Source: Acidimicrobium sp. BACL17 MAG-120823-bin42 (GTDB lineage Bacteria > Actinomycetota > Acidimicrobiia > Acidimicrobiales > Ilumatobacteraceae). From it: a DNA stretch of 32,953 nucleotides. The DNA lies in contig LIAZ01000001.1 in NCBI GenBank assembly GCA_001438985.1, positions 1 through 32,953 of the forward strand. Direction: 5' to 3'. Shown here piece after piece: positions 8,358 through 19,677 of the stretch (position 1 is its first letter; each line of letters starts with the position of its first letter). A model generated the notes under the pieces. The model did no database searches. It had not been told where the DNA came from and saw only the letters and a program-made list of their open reading frames with translations. Both the position numbers and the translations under genes were made by a program.

Positions 8358-9601
8358 TTTCAACGTTTAAACATCAAATCGATCAGTCCCCTACGGCAAG
8401 CCATGTCGTTGCCAATGCAGCGCGCATTCTGAGTGAGCACGGCTTCATTGCCTATCACCCATCTAGCGATTCACGGCCTCATGGTGAGCGGGGGTTCGTT
8501 GTCCGTAACGGAACGGTCATTGCCTGGCGCAACAGTATGCGCATCAATGAGCACGGCGCTCGAATTATCGGAGCACACACCGATTCCCCCGGTTTGCACA
8601 TCAAGCCACGACCGGATATGACTGTCCTCAATTGGCAACAACTTCATGTCGAGGTGTACGGAGGCCCGCTTCTTAATTCGTGGCTAGACCGCGACTTGGG
8701 TATCGCGGGCCATATTGTGCGACGCGACGGCACGACTCAGTTGTTCGCAACCGATCATGCCGTTGCCCGTATTCCACAACTTGCCATCCATTTAGATCGC
8801 GAGGTTAATGACAAAGGTTTGATTCTTAATCGTCATCAGCACCTTTCACCGGTGTGGTCGGTAGATCAACCCTCAACGTCATTTGACGCGTGGCTTTCAG
8901 AACTCACACAATGCGATCGTGGGGAAATTGCCAGCTGGTCCGCGCAATTATTTGATACGCAGCGCGGTGAGATCATTGGTAAAAACAACGAGTTTTTTGC
9001 ATCGTCACGAATCGATAATCAGATCTCATGTTGGGCGGCAATTGACGCACTCGTTTCCGTCGACGGAGACACACCGATGATTATTGCGTTGTTCGATCAC
9101 GAAGAGGTCGGCTCCGAGTCGGCAGTTGGTGCAGCGGGTCCAATGCTCGAACATGTGCTCGAATCCCTATCGCTTCATAACAATGGATCACGTTTTGATT
9201 ACCTCAGCCTCCTGCAGCACAGCCATTGCATGTCTGTTGACAATGCCCACGCCGTTCATCCCAATTACGTCGACCGTCATGAAATGAACAACGCTCCATT
9301 AATTAACCACGGTGTGGTTGTCAAGCACAATGCAAACCAGCGTTATGCAACATCGGCGTCGTCGTTGCTCCCTGTTGTAGCGGCAGCCGAAAAAGCAAAG
9401 GTTTCGCTACAGACATTTTCTTCGCGCAACAACATTGCATGCGGTTCCACTATTGGGCCAATCGCAGCAACACGACTTGGAATCGACACCGTTGATATCG
9501 GTGTCCCGCAATTATCAATGCACTCGATTCGAGAAATGTGTGGAACAAAAGATCCGCTAGATCTTGTTGCGCTCATGCGCAGCTATTTGAAGAGAAGCTA
9601 G
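8354..9601 (+). CDS. M18-family aspartyl aminopeptidase
   Basis: Motifs are GAHTDSPG, FDHEEVGSES and QLSMHS. The preferred ATG at 8354 (MISTFKHQ...) forms an ATGA overlap with the upstream small ORF. The track start at 8249 adds junk-like residues. Confidence 0.9.
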   Translation: MISTFKHQIDQSPTASHVVANAARILSEHGFIAYHPSSDSRPHGERGFVVRNGTVIAWRNSMRINEHGARIIGAHTDSPGLHIKPRPDMTVLNWQQLHVEVYGGPLLNSWLDRDLGIAGHIVRRDGTTQLFATDHAVARIPQLAIHLDREVNDKGLILNRHQHLSPVWSVDQPSTSFDAWLSELTQCDRGEIASWSAQLFDTQRGEIIGKNNEFFASSRIDNQISCWAAIDALVSVDGDTPMIIALFDHEEVGSESAVGAAGPMLEHVLESLSLHNNGSRFDYLSLLQHSHCMSVDNAHAVHPNYVDRHEMNNAPLINHGVVVKHNANQRYATSASSLLPVVAAAEKAKVSLQTFSSRNNIACGSTIGPIAATRLGIDTVDIGVPQLSMHSIREMCGTKDPLDLVALMRSYLKRS

Positions 9602-10258
9602 TTGATCAATCGGTTTGCTTCATCAAGCACTGATTGAAGTCTTGCCTGCAACAACAGCGTCAATTCAGAAACTTGATCGCGACTGGCCCTACCCGACTCA
9701 GGGATGATGACCGAGATCGGTTCGCCAATGACCATGGCACATCGTGTGAATCGAATCTTCTTGGACCCTGTGCGCATGACATCTTCAGTTCCAGCAATTC
9801 CTGCCGGAACAATAGAAACACCAACCTTAAAGGCAACATAGGCTGCACCATCAAACAATGGCATCACTTCAGGGCCAACGTGACGCGTGCCTTCTGGAAA
9901 CATCACTAACGGTTCGCCACTGTTCAACACCGCAATGCATCGCTTCAATGCCTCCAAATCGGCAGATCCGCGAGTTACAGGAAAAGCACCAAGAGCCGAC
10001 ATTGCTTTTCCGAGCACTGCAAATTTCCAGATTGAATCTTTACCCATAAATCTCATTCTGCGACGCGTTGCAGCCGAGGCTATGGGAATGTCAATAGTTG
10101 AGCGATGCGTAGGGGCAAATATGAATGCACCAGTTTTAGGGATGTTCTCGGAACCAACCACCTTGAGTCTGAGCAGTGTTCGACACAGAAATACTACAAA
10201 CGAACGAATGACTGCATAGAAAACTTTTGTAGAACGCGTTTGACCGACGATGCGAGTA

Positions 10259-10272
<14 letters not shown>
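9598..10272 (-). CDS. plsC: 1-acyl-sn-glycerol-3-phosphate acyltransferase
   Basis: The HRSTID (HX4D) and FPEGTR acyltransferase motifs are present. 224 aa. Confidence 0.85.
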
Positions 10273-12414
<2,142 letters not shown>

Positions 12415-12449
12415 TTAAGGCTACTCCGTATTTGTAGTCTCGTAACTAC

Positions 12450-13370
12450 ATGAGCAACATCGTCAAAAGCAATGCAGTGGACACCGTAGAACGGGCGGCC
12501 GAGGCGCTTGCGCGGGGCGGCCTCATTGGCATGCCAACGGAGACGGTGTATGGGCTGGCTGGAAGCGCTGCAAACGAACAAGCCTTATCTAAAATTTTTG
12601 ACGTCAAGGGTCGTCCGATAGGTCATCCATTGATTGTGCATCTTTCGTCGCTAGATGAATTAGATCGTTACGCGCTATCGGTACCTCAAGCAGCTGTGGC
12701 TCTCATCGGAGCATGCTGGCCAGGACCGCTCACGGTGTTGTTGCAACGATCCAGACATGTCTCCGACTTGATTACGGGAAACCGATCAACCGTTGCCATT
12801 CGCATTCCTGCAAATGAGTGTGCGCGTTCAATCATTGCGATGCACGGTCATGCTGTTGCTGCACCATCTGCGAATCGATTTGGTCATGTCAGTCCAACCA
12901 CGGCTCAACATGTGTTGGATGATCTCGGCGAGCACGTCGACCTTATTGTTGACGATGGACCGTGCACCATTGGTGTTGAATCGACCATCATCGATTTCAC
13001 ATCACCTGTACCCCAACTGCTACGACCAGGCGGCTTTGCACTCGAAGACCTCGAGGAACTGATGGGCATTCACGTTGCTGCACCTGAAGGTGAGTCGAGG
13101 GCGTCTGGCATGCTCGAATCTCACTATGCGCCACAGGGCAAAGTGCTGCTCGTTAACTCTCTATCGGAGGCTAAATCGGTGCTCTCGGCACACCCCGAAG
13201 CGCGACTAATTAGCCACTGGGAGAGTCTGCCTCTCTACGCAGCCAGCCTGTATGCCCAAATGCGCCAGGCAGATCACGATGGTGTGCCGCTCATTGTGGC
13301 CATCACTCCCGCCCCGTCGGGGCTGGGCCGGGCCATCTGTGACCGACTGAAAAAGGCTTCTCACCCCTAA
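12450..13370 (+). CDS. tsaC: L-threonylcarbamoyladenylate synthase (Sua5/YwlC-type, with C-terminal Sua5 domain)
   Basis: Motifs are GGLIGMPTETVYGLAG, KGRPxxHPLIVH and APSANRFG. The 306-aa length implies the long two-domain form. Confidence 0.9.
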   Translation: MSNIVKSNAVDTVERAAEALARGGLIGMPTETVYGLAGSAANEQALSKIFDVKGRPIGHPLIVHLSSLDELDRYALSVPQAAVALIGACWPGPLTVLLQRSRHVSDLITGNRSTVAIRIPANECARSIIAMHGHAVAAPSANRFGHVSPTTAQHVLDDLGEHVDLIVDDGPCTIGVESTIIDFTSPVPQLLRPGGFALEDLEELMGIHVAAPEGESRASGMLESHYAPQGKVLLVNSLSEAKSVLSAHPEARLISHWESLPLYAASLYAQMRQADHDGVPLIVAITPAPSGLGRAICDRLKKASHP

Positions 13371-13431
13371 GATTAAGTTCCTAAACCCAGGGTGGCACCC
13401 GTCACCCGACTCCTAGGGGGAGAAAACAAAC

Positions 13432-14751
13432 ATGAAGAAAACAGCAAAGCGTCGCTTCGGTGCTCTCGTTGTTGGTCTCAGCCTCGTGGCTGCGGCTTGC
13501 GGCGGAAGCAGTGAAAGCGAAGATACAACAGCCACCGCTGGTGGCGAACTGGAAGGCATGAAGGGCACAATGCCACTCGTCGACCTTGGATCTGAGTTTA
13601 CAGATGGTTTGAACGCGTTCTGGACTGCCGCAGGCAATGCAGCGCTTGAAGACTATTCATATGCTGCAGAATCATTTGACTCAGTAATGCTTATTGCACT
13701 TGCAGCAGAAGCAGCACAGACTGATGGAAGCGCACTTGCTTCACAGATCCAAGCTGTTTCAGCCGAAGGTGAAACATGCAGTGACTTCGCAGCATGTGTT
13801 GCAATTATTGCAGCGGGCGGCGATGTTAACTACGAAGGTGCCTCTGGCCCACAGGACATGAACGGAAACGGCGAACCAATTAATGCTTCGTACGGCGTTC
13901 TTACCTTTGGTGCAGACAATCGCTTCAGTTACGAAGATGCTTCGTACGTTCTTGCTGATGCCCCAGCTTCGGACATTGTTCCAAATGCTGATGTAACGGT
14001 AGAGCGTCAAGGTGACGGCGTATTGAAGATCGGTTCAATGTTGCCAGAAACCGGTTCACTTGCATTCCTCGGACCACCAGAATTTGCTGGTGTTGAGTAC
14101 GCAATCAGCCTCATCAACGAGGCAGGCGGCGTCCTTGGCAATCCAGTTGAGTACGTTCAGGGTGACTCGGGTGACACAAGCACTGACACAGCAAGCACGA
14201 CCGTCGACCGTCTCCTCGGAGAAGGAGTTGACGCAATCATTGGTGCTGCTTCATCGTCAGTGTCGCTGACCGTAATTGACAAGATCACTGCTGCTGGTGT
14301 TATTCAATTCAGCCCAGCAAACACTTCAGACAAATTCTCAACGTATGCCGACAATGGTTTGTATTTCCGTACCGCTCCTGCTGACAAGCTTCAGGGTGCA
14401 GTGCTAGCAAACCTCATTGCAAGCGACGGTGCAGCAACTGTCTACATCATGGCGTTGGATGATGCTTACGGCACGGGTCTTGCAGACTCAATCGAAGCAA
14501 ACATCACCGCAGCAGGTGTGACTGTTCTTGGCAAAAAGATCTACGATCCAAAGGCCACAACATTTGATGCTGAAGTTGCAGAAATCAAGGATGCAAATCC
14601 AGATGCAATCATGCTCGTAACATTTGACGAAGGTTCACGTATCTTGCGCACCATGGTGGAGCAAGGCATTGGACCTAAGGCCAAGATGGTCTACGGCTGT
14701 GACGGCAACATGGGTAATGCACTCGGTCAGAACTTCGACTCGGGTAATTAA
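13432..14751 (+). CDS. ABC transporter solute-binding lipoprotein, Liv/HAAT (Peripla_BP_6-like) family, apparently circularly permuted
   Basis: Signal peptide with lipobox LVAAAC, and a strong RBS (GGGGGAG) 9 nt upstream. Residues 197-439 (LKIGSMLPETGSLAFLGPPEFAGV...) resemble the N-terminal two thirds of the family. Residues ~38-174 resemble its C-terminal third. Codon usage looks highly expressed, and the gene is followed by the only canonical terminator in the window. Confidence 0.85.
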   Translation: MKKTAKRRFGALVVGLSLVAAACGGSSESEDTTATAGGELEGMKGTMPLVDLGSEFTDGLNAFWTAAGNAALEDYSYAAESFDSVMLIALAAEAAQTDGSALASQIQAVSAEGETCSDFAACVAIIAAGGDVNYEGASGPQDMNGNGEPINASYGVLTFGADNRFSYEDASYVLADAPASDIVPNADVTVERQGDGVLKIGSMLPETGSLAFLGPPEFAGVEYAISLINEAGGVLGNPVEYVQGDSGDTSTDTASTTVDRLLGEGVDAIIGAASSSVSLTVIDKITAAGVIQFSPANTSDKFSTYADNGLYFRTAPADKLQGAVLANLIASDGAATVYIMALDDAYGTGLADSIEANITAAGVTVLGKKIYDPKATTFDAEVAEIKDANPDAIMLVTFDEGSRILRTMVEQGIGPKAKMVYGCDGNMGNALGQNFDSGN

Positions 14752-14773
14752 TCCCTGACTCTGTCAGTTTACG

Positions 14774-14810
14774 AAAAGGCCCCCAACCGTAAGGTTGGGG
14801 GCCTTTTTAT
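14774..14810. terminator. Bidirectional rho-independent terminator between the convergent SBP gene and the ABC ATPase gene
   Basis: AAAAGGCCCCCAACC-GTAA-GGTTGGGGGCCTTTT is a perfect ~13-15 bp GC-rich stem with a 4-nt loop. It is flanked by an A-run on the left and a T-run on the right, so it can terminate both strands. Confidence 0.9.
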
Positions 14811-14834
14811 TTGTCGAACTAACGATTAAATTAT

Positions 14835-15572
14835 TTAGCCGCCTGTCATCTTGGCCAAAGTACCCAGATATAACTTGATCACATTTGGATCCTCAAGTAG
14901 TTGTCGACCCGTACCCGTGTAGGCATTCTTGCCTTGATCAAGAACATATGCCCGATCGGTGACCTGCAAGCATCGACGAGCATTCTGTTCCACCATCAAG
15001 ATTGCAATTCCCTCAGCATTAATGCGTTTGCATTGAATAAATACCTCGTCTTGTAATGCAGGAGAAAGACCAGCGCTAGGTTCATCGAGCAACAGCAGTT
15101 TGGGCTCCATCATCAATGCGCGGCCCATCGCTACCATCTGACGTTCGCCGCCCGATAGCGATCCGGCCCGCTGGGCTGCGCGTTCGCGTAATTTTGGGAA
15201 TAACGCAGTGACATATTCGAAACGCTCCTCAAATACTTCTGGCTTTAGAAAACAGCCCATTTCGAGATTCTCTGACACAGTCAAACTCTGAAACACATTT
15301 TGCGTCTGTGGAACATAGCCAACACCTTGCTCTACAAGTTCGTGCGCTTTTCTGCCGGTGATATCGGACCCGAAGAACGTTACGGAGCCCGATCTCACAC
15401 CACATTGACCGAGAATCGCCTTAAGAACTGTGGACTTGCCGGCTCCATTTGGCCCAATAACACCAACGAACTCTCCCGCACGCACTTCAATATTGCAACC
15501 GTCCAAAATGTTGACCTCAGGCACGTAGCCAGCAACGAGTTCATCAACAATTAGTACTCGATCATCAGCCAC
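14835..15572 (-). CDS. ABC transporter ATP-binding protein (LivF-like)
   Basis: Walker A GPNGAGKST, signature LSGGERQ, Walker B LLLLDEPS. 245 aa. The substrate is not inferable from the sequence. Confidence 0.9.
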   Translation of the reverse strand: MADDRVLIVDELVAGYVPEVNILDGCNIEVRAGEFVGVIGPNGAGKSTVLKAILGQCGVRSGSVTFFGSDITGRKAHELVEQGVGYVPQTQNVFQSLTVSENLEMGCFLKPEVFEERFEYVTALFPKLRERAAQRAGSLSGGERQMVAMGRALMMEPKLLLLDEPSAGLSPALQDEVFIQCKRINAEGIAILMVEQNARRCLQVTDRAYVLDQGKNAYTGTGRQLLEDPNVIKLYLGTLAKMTGG

Positions 15573-16483
15573 TACATGTCCTCGCTATCAAGAAGAGACT
15601 TGCCCTGATGGCTACCAAGATATGCCTCAATAACAGCCTGATTAGACGCAATTTGCTCGGGAGTACCTTCAGCGATGATTCTCCCCTCAGCCATCACTAC
15701 CACCCAATCGGAAACATCGTGCACCATGTCCATGTCATGCTCGACAAATAACACCGTCATACCATCATCTCGTAATCCACGAATGTGTTCATTCAGATTT
15801 TGTTTCAGTGCGGGGTTGACGCCAGCCATGGGCTCGTCCAACATAACTAAACGGGGGTTTGTCATTAAGGCCCGTGCCATTTCGAGCAACTTACGCTGTC
15901 CACCAGACAACGTACCCGCATACTGATCTCGCATGTGGTCTAGTTTGAAACGCTTGAGCAACTCATCTGCCCGCTGTTCAATCATTGCTTCTTGCTTGCG
16001 GTAGCGAAAAGGAAACAAGCCATTCCACCATTTTTCGCCTGTTTGGTGCGTGGCGCCAAGTTTCATGTTCTCAATGACCGATAACTTCGTGAGACTCTTT
16101 GTCAATTGGAACGTCCGCACCATTCCAAGTCGTGCCGTACGATGAGCGACCACCTTTTCAAGATTCTTGCCATCGAACATCCACTCGCCTGCATCGGGCG
16201 AGTCGAACCCCGTAAGCAAGTTGAACAATGTTGTCTTACCGGCGCCGTTCGGTCCAATCAAGGCAGTTATCGAACCACGTTGCACCTCAAGATGAGCAAC
16301 ATCTACGGCTGTTACGCCACCGAAATTTCGCTTCACGCTATCGGCGACCAAAATTGGGTCGGGTTTGGAGACTCCAGGGGATGCATTTACCGATTGCAAG
16401 GCGGCTCGTGCACGCAATGCCAAATCTGAATACGACCGCTCAGCGACCATCAAGGGCCATCTCTTCCTTGCTTCCAAACACAC
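15572..16483 (-). CDS. ABC transporter ATP-binding protein (LivG-like)
   Basis: Walker A GPNGAGKTT, signature LSGGQRK, Walker B LVMLDEP, and a LivG-type C-terminal extension. The start is possibly at 16450 (MVAERS...), which reduces the overlap with the permease gene. Confidence 0.9.
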   Translation of the reverse strand: MCLEARKRWPLMVAERSYSDLALRARAALQSVNASPGVSKPDPILVADSVKRNFGGVTAVDVAHLEVQRGSITALIGPNGAGKTTLFNLLTGFDSPDAGEWMFDGKNLEKVVAHRTARLGMVRTFQLTKSLTKLSVIENMKLGATHQTGEKWWNGLFPFRYRKQEAMIEQRADELLKRFKLDHMRDQYAGTLSGGQRKLLEMARALMTNPRLVMLDEPMAGVNPALKQNLNEHIRGLRDDGMTVLFVEHDMDMVHDVSDWVVVMAEGRIIAEGTPEQIASNQAVIEAYLGSHQGKSLLDSEDM

Positions 16484-17444
16484 CTTGCGGACGGAAGGTC
16501 ATGAGCAGCATCAAACCGAGCCCAATCAACATGTAGTTAACGGGACCTACCTGTGATTTCTGAATCAGGCCAAAACCGAATACTTCAAAGGGCTGGTTCT
16601 TTGTTAGTTCGCGAAGGAAATTGTCACTGAACACGTACAAGGCCCAAAACATCATTGGTCCCACCACTGAGCCTCGAACCTTTGCAACTCCACCTAGAAC
16701 CAAAGCCGTCAAAATATAAAACGTGACGTCACGGCTGTAGTTATCAGGCTGGACAGATCCGCGATCGAGGGCAAAGATCATGCCTGAAAACATACCGATT
16801 GCGCCACCAATAATCAGCGATTGCATCTTGTACGAATACACGTTTTTGCCAAGACTGCGAACTGCATCTTCATCTTCTCTGATTGCTTTTACTACTCTGC
16901 CCCACGGACTCTTCATCAACATAAAGACCAATAACGAGAACAGCGCAACGAGTGACCAACCGACGATGATCGTCCAAAAGGAATATCCGCTGTAGCGGAA
17001 TGGGCGAATGCCATATTGTGCCGCAGGGTTAAACGGACTGAGATCCCTAAAGGATCTACTGAAACCGTTGATTCCATCGGAGCCACCAAAATATTCTTTG
17101 AACCGAACCGATCTCACGACAAGACGCACTATCTCGGCCATCGCGATCGTCACGATTGCTAAATAGTCGGCCCGCAATCGAAGTGTTGGGATACCAACCA
17201 GCAATCCAAGTATGACGACAAACACCAGTCCAATCAGAATTCCCCACCACAAACCAACTCCAAAATATTGAGTGGTCATTCCAAGTCCATACGCACCACA
17301 GGCCATAAATGCTGCTTGGCCAAAATTGAGCAGGCCGGTGTAGCCAAATTGCACGTTGAGTCCAATGGCAGCAAGGGCGAAATACGCAGCGTCAATTCCG
17401 AACAATGCAGCGACAGTATTTTCGAGAATTTTGATGATGTCCAT
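16440..17444 (-). CDS. ABC transporter permease (LivM-like)
   Basis: 334-aa polytopic membrane protein with GYTGLLNFGQAAF, typical of HAAT-family LivM permeases. Confidence 0.9.
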   Translation of the reverse strand: MDIIKILENTVAALFGIDAAYFALAAIGLNVQFGYTGLLNFGQAAFMACGAYGLGMTTQYFGVGLWWGILIGLVFVVILGLLVGIPTLRLRADYLAIVTIAMAEIVRLVVRSVRFKEYFGGSDGINGFSRSFRDLSPFNPAAQYGIRPFRYSGYSFWTIIVGWSLVALFSLLVFMLMKSPWGRVVKAIREDEDAVRSLGKNVYSYKMQSLIIGGAIGMFSGMIFALDRGSVQPDNYSRDVTFYILTALVLGGVAKVRGSVVGPMMFWALYVFSDNFLRELTKNQPFEVFGFGLIQKSQVGPVNYMLIGLGLMLLMTFRPQGVFGSKEEMALDGR

Positions 17445-17447
17445 TGA

Positions 17448-18767
17448 TCAACCAATCCTCTGTTTGCGGCCAAGAATGCCTTGCGGCCGAACCACAAGCA
17501 CAATGATCAGAATAAGTAAAGCAGGGGCATTCTTCAGTTCGGCCGGTACCACCAAGGATGCGAGTTCGACAAGTACGCCCACAAAAAAACCGCCGATCAG
17601 TGCTCCATATGCAGACCCGAGTCCACCGAGTGTGATGCCTGCAAACATCAAAAAGATCAGCCTAGATCCCATCTCAAATCCGACTTGTTCATCAAGTCCG
17701 CGAAACAATCCTCCCATGGCAGCGAGGGCGCCTCCCGCAAACCACACAATGCGGATGATCTTCTGCGTATCAATACCCGTGCTCGATGCGAGGTCAGGAT
17801 TATCTGATACCGCACGAATTGCTTTACCCGTGCGGGATCTTTGCAAGTACAAGGCAACGAGCACCAAAACGATAAGCGAGATGATCGCCGTTGTTAAATC
17901 ACGCATCGTGATGCTTACCGGCCCGAACCTTTTAGCTACTTGCAAACTAAAGTCATCAAGTGGTCTAGTTCGACCTCCGAACTGATACAGGTACATGTTT
18001 CTCAACATGATCGACAAGCCAACTGATACGACCAACTGCGAGATCAATCCGATACCACGCTTACGCAATTTGGCAAAAATGATGGCATTCATCGCAAGCC
18101 CCAACACCCCACCTAGGGCGATCACCAAAGGTGCAGCGATCAATAACGGAACACCCAGCAAAACGTTAAACCAAAAGGCAATTAATCCACCAAATGTCAC
18201 CATTTCGCCGTGGGCAAAATTTGTCAAACCTGTTGTGCCAAAGATCAGTGAAAGGCCAACTGAACTAATCGCGATGATCAGCCCCAAACGGACTCCATCA
18301 ACCAGTCGCTGGGCTAGTCGATCAACAAGTGGCGCACCTGTTGCTGTGCTGGAACCCGCAAAGAATGTGACCCGCTTTGAATTAGTGGTAAACGAATCTT
18401 TCTCAATCGTTGCTTGTGTCTTACTCTCATCAATCAATGTCACATCATCTGGCAATGTAGAGACATCAATCGTCACAACATAAGAGTCCTTGGATGGCAC
18501 GGAGATGGTGACTGTTCCGCTCGAGTCCGTGACACCTTCCCCGACCATGCTCCCAGTCGATGTTGTGATGGCTATCGACACTCCGGACACGGGGTTTTTT
18601 GTCGCCACACCATCATCAATGGTCTGATTTTGCACTGAGGCCACGATAGAAAGCCCGGACTCTTCAGCTTGAGCCGCTGAAGAAAAGGCAAACACAGATG
18701 CAGCGACAATGGCAAAGGCCTTACACAATGCAATCCAGTTCGTACGAGCTGTGGCTGTTTTGATCAC
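17448..18767 (-). CDS. ABC transporter permease (LivH-like) with N-terminal signal peptide and extracytoplasmic beta-sandwich-like domain
   Basis: The canonical LivH core starts near LVDRLAQRLVDGV...GLTNFAHGE. It is preceded by ~158 residues: a signal-like segment (WIALCKAFAIVAASVFAFSSAAQA) followed by VSGVSIAITTSTGSMVGEGVTDSSGTVTISVPSKDSYVVTIDV. The preferred start is the GTG at 18767 (GGGGA 4 nt upstream). The ATG at 18806 (track start) is an alternative. Confidence 0.85.
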   Translation of the reverse strand: MIKTATARTNWIALCKAFAIVAASVFAFSSAAQAEESGLSIVASVQNQTIDDGVATKNPVSGVSIAITTSTGSMVGEGVTDSSGTVTISVPSKDSYVVTIDVSTLPDDVTLIDESKTQATIEKDSFTTNSKRVTFFAGSSTATGAPLVDRLAQRLVDGVRLGLIIAISSVGLSLIFGTTGLTNFAHGEMVTFGGLIAFWFNVLLGVPLLIAAPLVIALGGVLGLAMNAIIFAKLRKRGIGLISQLVVSVGLSIMLRNMYLYQFGGRTRPLDDFSLQVAKRFGPVSITMRDLTTAIISLIVLVLVALYLQRSRTGKAIRAVSDNPDLASSTGIDTQKIIRIVWFAGGALAAMGGLFRGLDEQVGFEMGSRLIFLMFAGITLGGLGSAYGALIGGFFVGVLVELASLVVPAELKNAPALLILIIVLVVRPQGILGRKQRIG

Positions 18768-18792
18768 TTGGTCCCCAATTATGCGATTCGTA

Positions 18793-19677
18793 CTAGTCAA
18801 GCACATTGAGCCTTGTAGTGGGAAGAAAAACTGCCAAAACAGCCAACCACACCATTACTGATCCCGCGATATGAATCGCTACAAGATGGGCAGGAACGCC
18901 AGCAAAGTATTGCACGTAGCCAATAAATCCTTGAGATACCAAAGAAAATAGAAGAAATTGAATGCGGGCTCCCTCAGTGCCCCATCGCTCGACAGATCGT
19001 CGAGCGCGGATCGCTAACAACACTGAAATCGCAACGGTGATCCACACCGCAATCGAATGCAACTGCGTAGCAAACCGAACAGATATATCGAGTCGCGTGA
19101 CAGCCTCTGAGCCCGAATGTGGACCGCTACCCGTCACCACCGTTCCCAGAACAACGCTGATCATCGCTGAGCTAAAAAGCGCCTTTTTCAGTGCAACATC
19201 CTGTCGGTCAATAGGCGGTACTCCACTAGACAGGGTTCTGGTCCGATTGAGCAACACAACGGCTGCAGTTACCAACATAAATGACACCAAAAAGTGGACC
19301 ATATTGGTCCAAGGATTAAGACCCGTCAGTACGACATAGGCACCAATAATTACCTGCGCGATAACCCCAATGACCAAGAGGATCGCATTATTGGTGATCT
19401 TCCTCACTGGTTTTGCTAACAGTAAAGACAAGGCAACAGCACCAGCTACCGACAATGCAACAACGCCAGTGAACAGACGATTGATCTGCTCAATTGCTGC
19501 GTGACCACTGGAAACATCGATGAAACGAGTGTTGTTGCAATTGGGCCAATCCGAACAGCCAAGCCCCGAACCTGTAAGGCGAACGAGTGACCCTGAAATG
19601 ATGATCACAATAAGAGCACCTAGGGCCAACCATACGGCCCGTTCATAGGCATTCACGGATACCTGGGGCCTGCGCAC
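18793..19677 (-). CDS. ctaA: Heme A synthase (COX15/CtaA family)
   Basis: 294-aa polytopic membrane protein with GSGLGCSDWPNC in the first loop and conserved His in the TM helices. Confidence 0.8.
   Translation of the reverse strand: MRRPQVSVNAYERAVWLALGALIVIIISGSLVRLTGSGLGCSDWPNCNNTRFIDVSSGHAAIEQINRLFTGVVALSVAGAVALSLLLAKPVRKITNNAILLVIGVIAQVIIGAYVVLTGLNPWTNMVHFLVSFMLVTAAVVLLNRTRTLSSGVPPIDRQDVALKKALFSSAMISVVLGTVVTGSGPHSGSEAVTRLDISVRFATQLHSIAVWITVAISVLLAIRARRSVERWGTEGARIQFLLFSLVSQGFIGYVQYFAGVPAHLVAIHIAGSVMVWLAVLAVFLPTTRLNVLD

Noticed and set aside
17356-17985. Long shadow ORFs antisense to, or out of frame with, well-supported genes. Examples are 17356-17985 (+), 17995-18483 (+), 10620-11117 (+), 11389-11826 (+), 21871-22365 (+), 960-1436 (+), 5872-6255 (+) and 4065-4418 (+).
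   Set aside because: Their translations are Ser/Arg/Cys/Pro-rich and lack any motif. Each lies entirely inside a gene with strong family signatures on the other strand or frame. This is the usual shadow-ORF pattern for this composition.
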